Shown here: positions 1-10,817 of the stretch, piece after piece
Position numbering within the stretch: the stretch's first letter is position 1
Layout: each line of letters begins with the position of its first letter
Source of the DNA: Trichosphaerium sp. ATCC 40318
Taxonomy: Eukaryota; Protista; Tubulinea
DNA length: 64,000 nucleotides
Direction: 5' to 3'
Assembly: GCA_038496445.1 (NCBI GenBank)
Contig: JALMLS010000596.1
Span: forward strand, 124,001-188,000
Position numbers and translations under genes: made by a program
The notes under the pieces: generated by a model
What the model was told of the DNA's origin: nothing
Seen by the model: only the letters and a program-made list of their open reading frames with translations
The model's database searches: none

Positions 1-697
1 CCTGGGAACTGGACAAGAGAGAAATCTTACCATGAATTACAAAGGAAAAGATATTTTAGCAAATGGAAGCGAACTAGTTTATGTTTGTGCTGATTCACAA
101 AATGCTAATATCTGTTACGCTTTTCTAGCAACTGTAGCTATTGATGCATCTCTTGCTGGTATATACAAGTGTAAACTTGATGAACCAAATGCAGATGTTG
201 AGTTCTATGCGGACATGCCTGACAAGTTTATTGAGAACGGAGGTTTCATAAAGTTTTGTGATCACGTGGTGTTTAATGGAGTGCCTTCGCTGTTTTATGT
301 TTGTGTACCCACAAGCTACGCTGGTTGCATTGTACGACATTTTATATCGGATGGTACTGGATCAACTCGGCGTCTTGAGATGTATAACTTTGGATACGGT
401 GCGAGCTATCACACATTTAGAGGCGATAATCCAGTTTCAAATCAAACGGACTTAAGCTTCTTTGTGCAAACTAACCAGCAATTGATGTGGCATGATTTAA
501 ACTCAGACAACTACCAAGCTTTTAACATTAGCGGTGCTAACACTATTCTCATGTGGCAAGGAACGCTATATGCTTTTGCATCAGCGAAGAAGAAACTTAT
601 TTACACTTATTGTTCAGACTTAAAAAAGCTAAAGTGTAATCCTTCAAATGACTTTCTCGATTATTTGGCAAAGCGTCAAGACAACGACCACGCGTAA
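1..697 (+). CDS. 3' part of an uncharacterised protein, possibly beta-rich/propeller-like; frame is open to the window edge
   Basis: Stop-free frame from position 2 to TAA at 695-697 (over 220 codons). No recognisable motif. Confidence 0.55.
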   Translation, partial: LGTGQERNLTMNYKGKDILANGSELVYVCADSQNANICYAFLATVAIDASLAGIYKCKLDEPNADVEFYADMPDKFIENGGFIKFCDHVVFNGVPSLFYVCVPTSYAGCIVRHFISDGTGSTRRLEMYNFGYGASYHTFRGDNPVSNQTDLSFFVQTNQQLMWHDLNSDNYQAFNISGANTILMWQGTLYAFASAKKKLIYTYCSDLKKLKCNPSNDFLDYLAKRQDNDHA

Positions 698-821
698 AAA
701 ATATTATATACCTTGGAGAGAGTATGTATGTCTATAAGAGACAGCAAGTACCCAAAATATGTTGTATGTACAAAGTTTTTATTAAATTTATCTTTTCTCG
801 TAAATGTACAAGTTTTTTTGT

Positions 822-1206
822 TTATTTAACTTTCTGCCCTGCTCCTGCGATAGGCTCTGGTTCGTTAAATTTCATTATTTCTAGTATTTGCTCAATGTCA
901 TTTTCTTTATAGTCAGGTTCATACGTTACATTCACAGTGTTAACAAATAACCATTCTTTTGGAAGTCCCTACAAAGCAGTTAGTTGCTGTTCAGAGGCGC
1001 TAGTCAGAGCTTACAGTCAAACCAGTTTCTTTGCTGTATTGCACGTGGAAATTGGTTTGCAGGTTATAAGGTTCAGATATGTCTAAAGGAACGTTGCTCG
1101 CAACAGAGTTACCTGTACAACGCCGTTAACATTAAAATAAGAAAGTGTAGTGCTGTTACCAGTTGATTTTGTATTCTTTTGAAACCTTTTCTTTATTTGC
1201 CTCCAT
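822..1206 (-). CDS. Small stand-alone CRIB/PBD (p21-Rho-binding) protein, 3 exons, about 97 aa, no kinase domain
   Basis: Hand-spliced product MEANKEKGFKKNTKSTG|NSVASNVPLDISEPYNLQTNFHVQYSKETGLT|GLPKEWLFVNTV...EQILEIMKFNEPEPIAGAGQKVK*. ISxPxN..HV...TG.TGLPxEW matches the PAK PBD consensus. Both introns are GT-AG. Confidence 0.75.
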
Positions 1207-1309
1207 AATGACATTTTTTCGTCCGCAAAGGGTGTGAAGAGCGGTTTGAAGGTATTAGAGCGGTTGGTGGCGCTTTTTTTCTTAAGCGTTTTAAACTACC
1301 AGATTTTCC

Positions 1310-1435
1310 AAATATTACGTGAAAGGGTCTAAATAAAAACCGAGCGAGCCGGCTCACTATTCGTTCAAATAAAGAGGAACGCAAGATATAAAGTCAATTT
1401 TGTTCTATCGATAAGTTTTTTAAAGCGTACCAAAC
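1310..1435 (+). promoter_or_regulatory. Conserved upstream block shared by the CBM48-PARG-like paralogs (also about 7635-7752, 10697-10817, and partly 14305-14380)
   Basis: Near-identical tattcgttcaaataaagaggaac..aagatataaagtcaatttt.ttctatc precedes each ATG and contains a TATA-like gatataaag. Confidence 0.55.
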
Positions 1436-4308
1436 ATGTCAAACGAAAGCTCTGACGAAGAATTTTCTGATTTTGAGGATGAAGAAGATTTCCTAGCTCA
1501 ACGCGCTAAATGGAATGATCAAGAGCGTATCGCCGAAAAGCCAAACAAATATGGTACGGGAACTACAAAAACAAATAAAACAGCGAGCGGCAAAACGTTT
1601 TTTTTGTGTTGGAGAAAAAACCAACCGTTTTGTCTCTCTTTTGTAAAAAAAAACATTAATATGGCACGTGGGTACCTAAAAACAAAAAAACGTGCTAAAA
1701 TAACAACAGCAAATGCGGTTTTTCTCTTTTTTCATTAATCTGATTCTGTGATGTTAGGCCTCGTTGATCCAGAGCACTTTATGATAAGAAGGACATTCAA
1801 CACAAGCGGCTTTGTTAAAAAGTTTCCACCCAAAATTAAAGGCTCAAGGAAGCAAACTGTGTTTAAAACAATACAAGGGTTTTATGGCAATAAACACGGT
1901 ACAGCATCTTCAAAAGTGGTTGTTACGAAAGTAGATGTCGCAAAGTTCCCTGAAAACGGAGGTACAAATTATTCATCACCAACAACGCTTGAACGACGCA
2001 AGACTCATGCCAAAATGCGACAAGACACTAACTCGAGCTTTATTTTTTGTTTATCACGTGCGCCAGGGCAAAACATTTGTTTGAAGCCTTGGTTTTATTT
2101 TGAAATGAAACGCGTTTATCTTGACGCTGTTTACCACGTGTTTTCAATCAGTTTAGAATTTTATCTCTGAATTTAATAGGATTTGGTATTTCGTTTGTTT
2201 GGCATGACCCTGAACGCAAAGCAAAAAAAGTACAGGTTGTTGGTACATTTAATACATGGCGAAGAGATAGACCAATTACTCTTCAGTGTATTGAGTTACA
2301 CACAGGTACATAAAACTCTTTTTCGTCCTCTTTTTCGTCTAACTTGAAATTGTAGAGAATGTTTGGGCTACAGTTGTATCAGAACTACCAGATCTTGATG
2401 ACGAAGATGCTGACCACGAGTATATATTCATAGTTGATGGCAAAGAGGTACAAGCATTATCATACACTTTTTATTGATTTATTTTCAGGTTGTTGATTAC
2501 ACTAAAAAAGTTGTGGATCGCACAGATGGAAATGGAAAAGCGAATATCTTAAAAGATACTGAAGAACACTACTTACGAATAGCATCGTCTGAAGGACCAT
2601 TCTTGTACTGTGATAAGGTATCAAAAACCCTCACAACTATTTCTTGTTTTGTGCTAAACACTTTTAGGAGCCACAAGTACGTACAACATATGGATTGTAA
2701 TGGTACATTTAATTTACTCAACATAGCCAAATGATTTCAGTTGGTACCTCAACTTCGCACACACAGATGTGTTCGAGTATTATGGTACAAAAGGTTTATT
2801 TGCTCAAGATGAAATTCAAGTTGCAGAGCATCCAGCTCTTGCTTCTGTTCGTGAAAGTACGTTTTGCTGAACCATCTCATAGCTTCATTTCTTCATTGCT
2901 TCTTTTTAATACTTTGTTCCCTTTAGTGCTACTTCAAAAAGCTGATGAGGCTGATGGTAAAACAAAACAGTTAAATACTTATGCACGTCAATACGAAAAG
3001 GGAAATATGGAAACTTCATCTCCAACACCCATTCTCATTCGGTACCTTCCATTTATTAGTCGCCTTCTTCATTGGTAAATAATCTTATTGGGTTTTTTTA
3101 ATAGTGGCGTTGAACGTCTTGGTGTTATTGATACAGAGAAGCTGTATGGCTCAAAATTAGGAAGAACGAAATCAAAGAAGGCAATTAAAGCTGGAATTTC
3201 AAAAGTTGAGAATGGACCTACAGTGACTAATCTTATTTGGTATGGAAATACTATTTGTAATAATTTTATTCAACTGACCTTTTATGTTAGCATGGAAGCA
3301 CCAGGTGCCTGACGAATATTTATCACAGAAATTGTATTCACAGTAAAATAGGGTGCCAGAAAGATTGGGGAAAAGAGTACAAAAAGTGGCAGCTTGAGTA
3401 TGCGTTACGTACTGCTTACACATCATTTGTATCTGGTACCCTTTTATTTTTAATTCATTCAAGATTTTGTTTCCATTAACTTGATGTTTGTAGCTGTTCA
3501 TGAATCTAAGATGGGTCTTGCAGAAAAGAACGCCGATGAGAACAAAAAGGCAGAAGATAAAACAGAAGACGCCGGTGATGAAAAACAGGACGATGGTGAT
3601 AAAAAAGCAGAAGCTAAAACAGAAGACGCTGGTGATGAAGAACTGGACGATGATGAAAAGGACGATGACTCCGATGATGACTCTGATGAAGATGAGTCTG
3701 AAGAAGATGATGATTTCTGTGTAATTATACACACTGGTAACTGGTACGTTGTAATACTACCATTATTTTGATTCTAATCTGATAATTGAAAATAGGGGTT
3801 GTGGAGCGTAAGTTATTTTAATAATGAGAAGAAAACAAGAAAACTCGAACAAGTTTTATTTAATTGTTAAATGTCTTGATAGGTATGGCAATGATTGTGA
3901 GTTGATGGCACTAATTCAAATCGCTGCTGCTTATTATGCCAAAGTAAATGTACTTGTTTACTATCCATTTGATGATAAAGGCGATGTATGATTTAACAAC
4001 AAACAAATTATTAGTTTTTCTTTCTTTTTCTTTCTAATAACAAGTTATTCACATTCTTCACAGAAAGCACTAGCTTCTGCACAGTCACTATGGAATGCAT
4101 GGATAGGAGAGGAAAATAGTGATGACGAAGATGATGAAGAAGGTGATAAAACTGGGGGTGAGAAGGAAAGATACGAAGTACGTTCACAATGATTGGTTTG
4201 AAGTTCAACAAAGAAAGTTTATTTTCGCAATAGGTGCACTGTCCTTACATGTTCTTGGATATGCTGTACCAGAGAAAGTATAAATGGAGTGAAGGTAATA
4301 AGACCTAA
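1436..4308 (+). CDS. CBM48 (AMPK-beta-type glycogen-binding) + PARG-like macrodomain protein, copy 1; 16 exons, about 570 aa
   Basis: Spliced product contains VQVVGTFNTW...HEYIFIVDGKEVVD (CBM48), WYLNFA...GLFAQDEIQVAEHPAL (PARG QEE-type signature, QDE at 2805-2813), TNLICMEAP, LRTAYTSF, IHTGNWGCGAYGND (PARG TGNWGCGAFGGD loop) and ends KYKWSEGNKT*. Micro-exons at 2668-2676, 3291-3304 and 3796-3807. Confidence 0.85.
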
Positions 4309-4816
4309 AGTTAGTGTATATCTTTTGCACAATATATAGCAACGGGTGGATGATAAACAGTCTTGTTTGTACAGTACTGTACTCACTGAAATTACAACAA
4401 CAATAAAAATTTCATCAAAAATTGATTTAAATCACGTTTTTTGAATAGAGAGAACTTTATTAAGTAGTTTCGCTTCTTATATACAATCACGCACGCGTGG
4501 GAAATATGTTTTAACTGTTTTTATTGTGCTTTTTTGACTTTGAACGTCAAAAAAAAATCAACTCTATTTTGCATAAAAAAAAACTATTTTTGCGCAGAAG
4601 ATTTTATACTATTTTCTCTTACAATTAAAAAATGACCAATGGCACATGGGAAGCTTTCTTTTCTTGTTGGACTTATAGAACGCGGCCAAAAGGATTTCCT
4701 TGCAGGCATTGTGTGAATGAAAATGCAGTTGGTTAACGGTATGTTCAAAACCATATAGATAGTAGATCAAATACACTTGTTCTATATACTTGCATAACGT
4801 GGCTCAACTGATAAGG

Positions 4817-5956
4817 ACATGCACTATTTTTTTTATTTTTGCTCCGGATATTTTCGGCTTTTGACGGTTTTGTGTCGGAATTTTCCTTGTTTTTCCGGAT
4901 AACGAGATGAATTATACTAAGGGCAATTGGTGTTTTTTCCTTGTTTGGTGAAAGCTGCTGGCAATATGGTGCACTCACCTTGCTTAGTGTCAAAGCTGTA
5001 CCTAATGGCATTGATGTCAATGAGGTTGGGCAACTGGAAATTGCCTTACCTTAGAGAAACTTGGTACTTGAAAATTGGAGCATGTACCTTTGGTGGTGTA
5101 GATTGAAGGCTGTACAGTGTTTTTAATGCTCATTTGTTTCCACATTCTTTGAGCACACTTGTTTTATGGCTCGTAGAAACAGGAGGAAGTGTACTTATCT
5201 CCCTGTTTATGCAATTGACAATTGTTGACACCAAGTGTCAAGTGACACTTGCAATGTGTCAGTTTAAGGAACAATTGCTAATTGTACGCCAAAAGCAATC
5301 ATAGGAATTAATATGTAAAAAGTAAACATGTCCATGCCGTGAAAATTGCATACTGAAATTACAAAACAGATAAAAAAATTTGACAATAGCAATTGGCAAT
5401 TGCTTTGTACTTACAGATTCGTTGCATTCCTCCAATGGTTTGTCGTTTGAATTAATCTTGTTGAGGGGATTATTACACCTCTGGGATTTGTGTATATTCT
5501 CTTTGTGGCAGTCTGTGCTGATTGTGTTGTTTCAATGATTCTGAAAACAAAGGTAGCAATTTACAATTGCAGAAGGATACCTTTTTTAGATGGAGCATGT
5601 ACAGGCTGTGAACAGTACATAATGCCCCTCTGTTTCTGAAAGGGAGTGTACTCAAACTAAGATGAGCTAATGTTCATGCCATAACAATAAAGAAGTTGTG
5701 TTGAGCACCTCAATTGGTACTCATTCGTACCATCTTCAAGGTACTGTTTCATGGAAGAGTGCAAGTTTCTCAAAGCTGTTTGTATGTCACTGAATGCATA
5801 AGCAATTTGTATTGTACGTCACATTAGGTACCCACCTGTAGGACCTTGGTCACATGACAACAGTGAACAGAGTATCCGGAAAAAAACGTGTAAAGTCGGC
5901 GATATCCGTCAAAATCCGAAAATATCCGGAGCGAAAGTAAAAAAAATAGTGCATGT
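4817..5956. repeat. Internal inverted repeat pair, about 85-bp arms (4817-4902 / 5872-5956)
   Basis: acatgcactattttttt..ttttgctccggatattttcggcttttgacgg is the near reverse complement of ccgtcaaaatccgaaaatatccggagcgaaagtaaaaaaaatagtgcatgt. Confidence 0.85.
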
Positions 5957-6727
5957 ACTAAGAGTCCGGTAACATATCATCATCATAAACCAGAAGAAGT
6001 TGGAGATATCATGACAACTTATGTCTAATGCACTCTGCTGATTATACATTGTTTGCATTATGTTACTGTGTTGTAAGAAAATGAGTGTACTTTTAAGTTC
6101 TGTTTGTTTTTGAACGTTAGCCATAATGAGTCAACTGTTATTTCACATTAATGACTACCCATGTTGAGAGTATGGCTGCCGTTTTTTGGTTTGTCTTTGA
6201 GATTTCGCCTAAAAATCCCATGCCAATTTTTTTGTTGTACAACAAACAGTTATTAATACGCTTTCTGAGGTAAGCAGGGAGAGATTCAGGTCTAGCAAAC
6301 CGTTTATAAACTCAAATCAACAAATACTAAAAGTAGTGCATCAAACCACTCAAAAATCATGCCTACACAAGCACAGGTGTTTGGGGTTTGAGTACAATGA
6401 ACCAATTGAAGAAGGTTCTACAGGTCAGCACAAAAAAAATGAAACATTGTCAAAATACCCTCATATGTGAGGGTGCAGAGATAAAGTAACATGTTTAAAA
6501 AGGTAGTAAACGACTACCATTTTTGGGTAATTTGGATAGCGACTTTATTGCTAGCCAAACTCCTTCCAATGATACTAGAGTATTCAAGGCAATTGATTGG
6601 AGCTTTTTAGACTATGATGCCTATAATTTGTAAAAAACACATGTAAAAACTTAACCTACTCATGGAGATATTGCAAGATAATTTTGAACATTACTTATAA
6701 GCGAATATGCCCGACATATTAATTATA

Positions 6728-7480
6728 GTATTGTGTGTTTCATTCAAGTTTTACTAATATTTTCTAGAAAGTGAGTTTTTAGCACTTTTAGTAGATCTAA
6801 CAAGATCTGACACTTCTGTCAAATGGTGTAGATCTACCACAATGTGAACTATTTGTGTTACAATGTTGTCCTTCATTGTATGACTTATGTACCTTGTAAG
6901 TGATAGCAAAATTTTCATGTAAGTTTCAACAGACCATAGAAGATGACCGCAGCATTTTACCTACACAAACTATACGCAGTACGATCAAACCACAGAAGTG
7001 CTCATGAGCTAAAAGCGAATTAAAAAGGTATGATGTCCTACAAAGCTATCGCATTACCGCCAAACACGGTATGAATGCCTTAAACACTGTTTGCAGTATG
7101 TTTTGCTTCAAAAAATCAACGTACGTGTATAGCTTACTAGCGCTACGCCTGCGCCTACCCCACGCTAACAGAAGCGCTATGGTAGCATCCAAACAGCAAT
7201 GAAGGTGTAACAACGTCAAAACCGCCAAAACACCACCAGCGTTGCTGTAGGCTTTGTAAACGCCGCTAGGCGTCAAATATGTAAATAAAAAAGTTTGCTC
7301 TGGGGTTTGTTAAATCACGTGGGTTTGAAACGGTTGGATTCACTGGACAGGCGTGAGGGTAGATCACAATTAAAAAATGGCATTTGCAAGATCTGTCAGA
7401 AGTGCCAAATCCGTCAGATCTGACAGATCAGGCAGAAACTGGATTATTTTTGCTAAAACTTGAATGAAACAGACAATATC
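6728..7480. repeat. Second internal inverted repeat pair (about 6728-6830 / 7385-7480), rich in AGATCT
   Basis: attgtgtgtttcattcaagtttta vs taaaacttgaatgaaacagacaat; atctgacacttctgtca vs tgtcagaagtgccaaat. Confidence 0.7.
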
Positions 7481-7752
7481 GCTAACAATTTAGGAAAGAA
7501 AATGAATTATCGTTGTCAATAGATAATGTACAAAAAATAAATTTGTTTTCGGCTAGGACTTGGCAATTTTTTCCAAATGGGAACTACATAATAAATTACT
7601 CTACTAGCCCGCAGTTAACGACATGTATTTTTTCAATATTATGTGAAAGGGTCGAAATAAAAACCGAGCCGGCTCACTATTCGTTCAAATAAAGAGGAAC
7701 AAGATATAAAGTCAATTTTATTCTATCAATCAGTTTTTAAAGCGTACCAAAC

Positions 7753-10515
7753 ATGTCAAACGAAAGCTCTGACGAAGAATTTTCTGATTATGAGGATTCA
7801 GAAGATTTCCTAGCTCAACGCGCTAAATGGAATAATCAAGAGATCGGAGAAGAGAAAGAGAGTATAGTAGAGAAGCCAAACAAATATGGTACGGGAACTA
7901 CAAAAAACAGCGAGAGACAAAACGTTAAAAAATATTTAATATGGCGCGCGTGGGAACCTAAAAACAAAAAAACGTGCCAAAACAACAGCAAACGCGGTTT
8001 TTCTCTTTTTTCATTAATCTGATTCTGTGATGTTAGGACTCGTTGATCCAGAGCACTTTATGATAAGAAGAACATTCAACACAAGCGGCTTTGTTAAAAA
8101 GTATCCACCCAAAGTTAATGGCTCAAGGAAGCAAATTGTGTTTAAAACAATACAAGGGTTTTATGGCAATAAACACGGTACAGCATCTTCAAAAGTGGTT
8201 GTTACGAAAGTGGATGTCGCAAAGTTCCCTGAAAACGCAGGTACAAATTATTCACACGACTCATACCAAAATGCACAAGATTCACCAACTCGAACTTATT
8301 TTTTTGTTTATCACGTGGGCGCCATTTGGTGAAACTTTTTATTCGAACTTTTCATATTTTTGTCTGAAAATCTTCACGTGTTTTCGATCAATGTAGAATT
8401 GAAAGTCTGATTTTAATAGGATTCGGTATTTCGTTTGTTTGGCATGACCCCGAACGTAAAGCAAAAAAAGTACAGGTTGTTGGTACATTTAACACGTGGC
8501 GAAGAGATAGACCAATTACTCTTCAGTGTATTGAGTTACACAGAGGTACGTAAAAATCGTCTTCTTATTCGTCTTTCGTCTAACTTGAAAGTGTAGAGAA
8601 TGTTTGGGCTACAGTTGTATCAGAACTACCAGATCTTGATGACGAAGATGCCAACCACGAGTATATATTTATAGTTGATGGCAAAGAGGTACAAGCATTA
8701 TCATACACTTTTTATTGATTTATTTTCAGGTTGTTGATGACAATAAAAAAGTTGTGGATCGCACAGATGGAAATGGAAAAGCGAATATCTTAGAAGATAC
8801 TGAAGAACACAACTTAGGCATAGAATCGACTGACGGACCATTCTTGTACTTTGATAAGGTATCTAAAACCTCACAACTTTTTGTTTTGTGCTAAACACTT
8901 TTTGCCTAGGAGCCAGAAGTACGTACAATACATGGATTGCAATAGTACATTTAATTTACTCAACATAGCCAAATGATTTCAATTGGTACCTCAACTTCGC
9001 ACACACAGATGTGTTCGAGTATTATGGTACAAAAGGTTTATTTGCTCAAGACGAGATTCAAGTTGCTGAGCATCCAGCTCTTGCTTCTGTTCGTGAAAGT
9101 ACGCCCTGCTGAACCATACTCATAGCTTTATTGCTTCTTTTTAATACTTTGTTCCCTTTAGTGCTACTTCAAAAAGCTGCTAAGGCTGATGGTAAATCAA
9201 AACAGTTAAATACTTATGCACGTCAATACGAAAAGGGAAATATGGAAACTTCATCTCCAACACCCATTCTCATTCGGTACCTTCCATTTATTAGTCGGCT
9301 TCTTCATTGGTAAATAATCTTATTGGGTTTTTTTAATAGTGGCGTTGAACGTCTTGGTGTTATTGATACAGAGAAGCTGTATGGCTCAAAATTAGGAAGA
9401 ACGAAATCAAAGAATGCAATTAAAGCTGGAATTTCCAAAGTTAAGAATGGACCTACAGTGACTAATCTTATTTGGTACGGAAATACTATTCGTAATCTAT
9501 TTTAAAAATCGACTGACCTTTTATGTTAGCATGGAAGCACCAGGTGCCTGAAGAAATGTTTATCACAGAAATTGTATTCACTGTAAAATAGGGTGCCAGA
9601 AAGATTGGGGAAAAGAGTACAAAAAGTGGCAACTTGAGTATGCATTACGTACTGCTTACACATCATTTGTATCTGGTACCCTTTTTTTTTAATGCATTCA
9701 AGATTTTGTTTCCATTAGATTGACATTTGTAGCTGTTCATGAATCTAAGATGGGTCTTGCAGAAAAGAAGGCCGATGAGGATAAAAAGGCAGAAGATAAA
9801 ACAGAAGACGCCGGTGATGAAAAACAGGACGATGGTGATAAAAAAGCAGAAGCTAAAACAGAAGACGCTGGTGATGAAGAACTGGACGATGATGAAAAGG
9901 ACTCTGACAATGACTCTGATGAAGATGAGTCTGAAGAAGATGATGAGTTATGTGTAATTATACACACTGGTAACTGGTACGTTCTAATACAAGTATTAGT
10001 TTGATTCTAATCTGATAATTGAAAATAGGGGTTGTGGAGCGTAAGTTATTTTAATAATGCGAAGATCGAACAAGTTTTATTTAATTGATAAATGTCTTGA
10101 TAGGTATGGCAATGATTGTGAGTTGATGGCACTAATTCAAATCGCTGCCGCTTATTATGCCAAAGTAAATGTACTTGTTTACTATCCATTTGATGATAAA
10201 GGCGCGGTATGATTTAATAACAACAAACAAATTATTAGTTTTTCTTTCTAATAATAAGTTATTCACATTCTTCACAGAGCGCACTAGAGTCTGCACAGTC
10301 ACTATGGAGTGCATGGATAGGAGAGGAAAATAGTGATGAAGAAGGCGGTGAAGGCGATAAAACTGGGGGTGAGAAGGAAAGATACGAAGTACGTTCACAA
10401 TGATTCGTTTGAAGTTCAACAAAGTTTATTTTCGCAATAGGTGCACTGCCCTTACATGTTCTTGGATATGCTGTACCAGAGAAAGTATAAATGGCGTACT
10501 GGTAACAATACCTAA
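7753..10515 (+). CDS. CBM48 + PARG-like macrodomain protein, copy 2
   Basis: Same exon structure and motifs as copy 1 (AQDEIQ, TGNWGCGAYG); ends KWRTGNNT*. Confidence 0.85.
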
Positions 10516-10817
10516 AGTTAGTGTGTATCTTTTGCACATGTACCAACGGGTGGATGCTAAACAGTCTTGTTTGTACTGTACTCACTGAAATTACAACAAC
10601 AATAAAAATTTCATCAAAAATTGATTTAAATCGTGTTTTGAATACTAGTCCCACAAACCAACAGCGGTTAACGACATGCGTACTACCAGCTTTTTCCAAT
10701 ATTATGTGAAAGCGTCGAAATAAAAACCGAGCCGGCTCACTATTCGTTCAAATAAAGCGGAACACAAGATATAAAGTCAATTTTATTCTATCTATCAGTT
10801 TTTAAAGCGCACCAAAC

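Larger units (their letters stand above)
4448..7601. mobile_element. 3.15-kb insertion flanked by TA with imperfect terminal inverted repeats; putative non-autonomous/foldback DNA element
   Basis: The copy2-copy3 spacer reads ttttgaaTActag without it; here it reads gaaTA[insert]TActag. Ends gagaactttattaagtagtttc vs reverse-complemented gagtaatttattatgtagttcc (18/22). No intact transposase ORF. Confidence 0.6.

Noticed and set aside
3199-3734. Minus-strand hydrophobic and Ser-rich ORFs (also 9737-9967, 12839-13027)
   Set aside because: Antisense shadows of the acidic low-complexity exon of the PARG-like genes.
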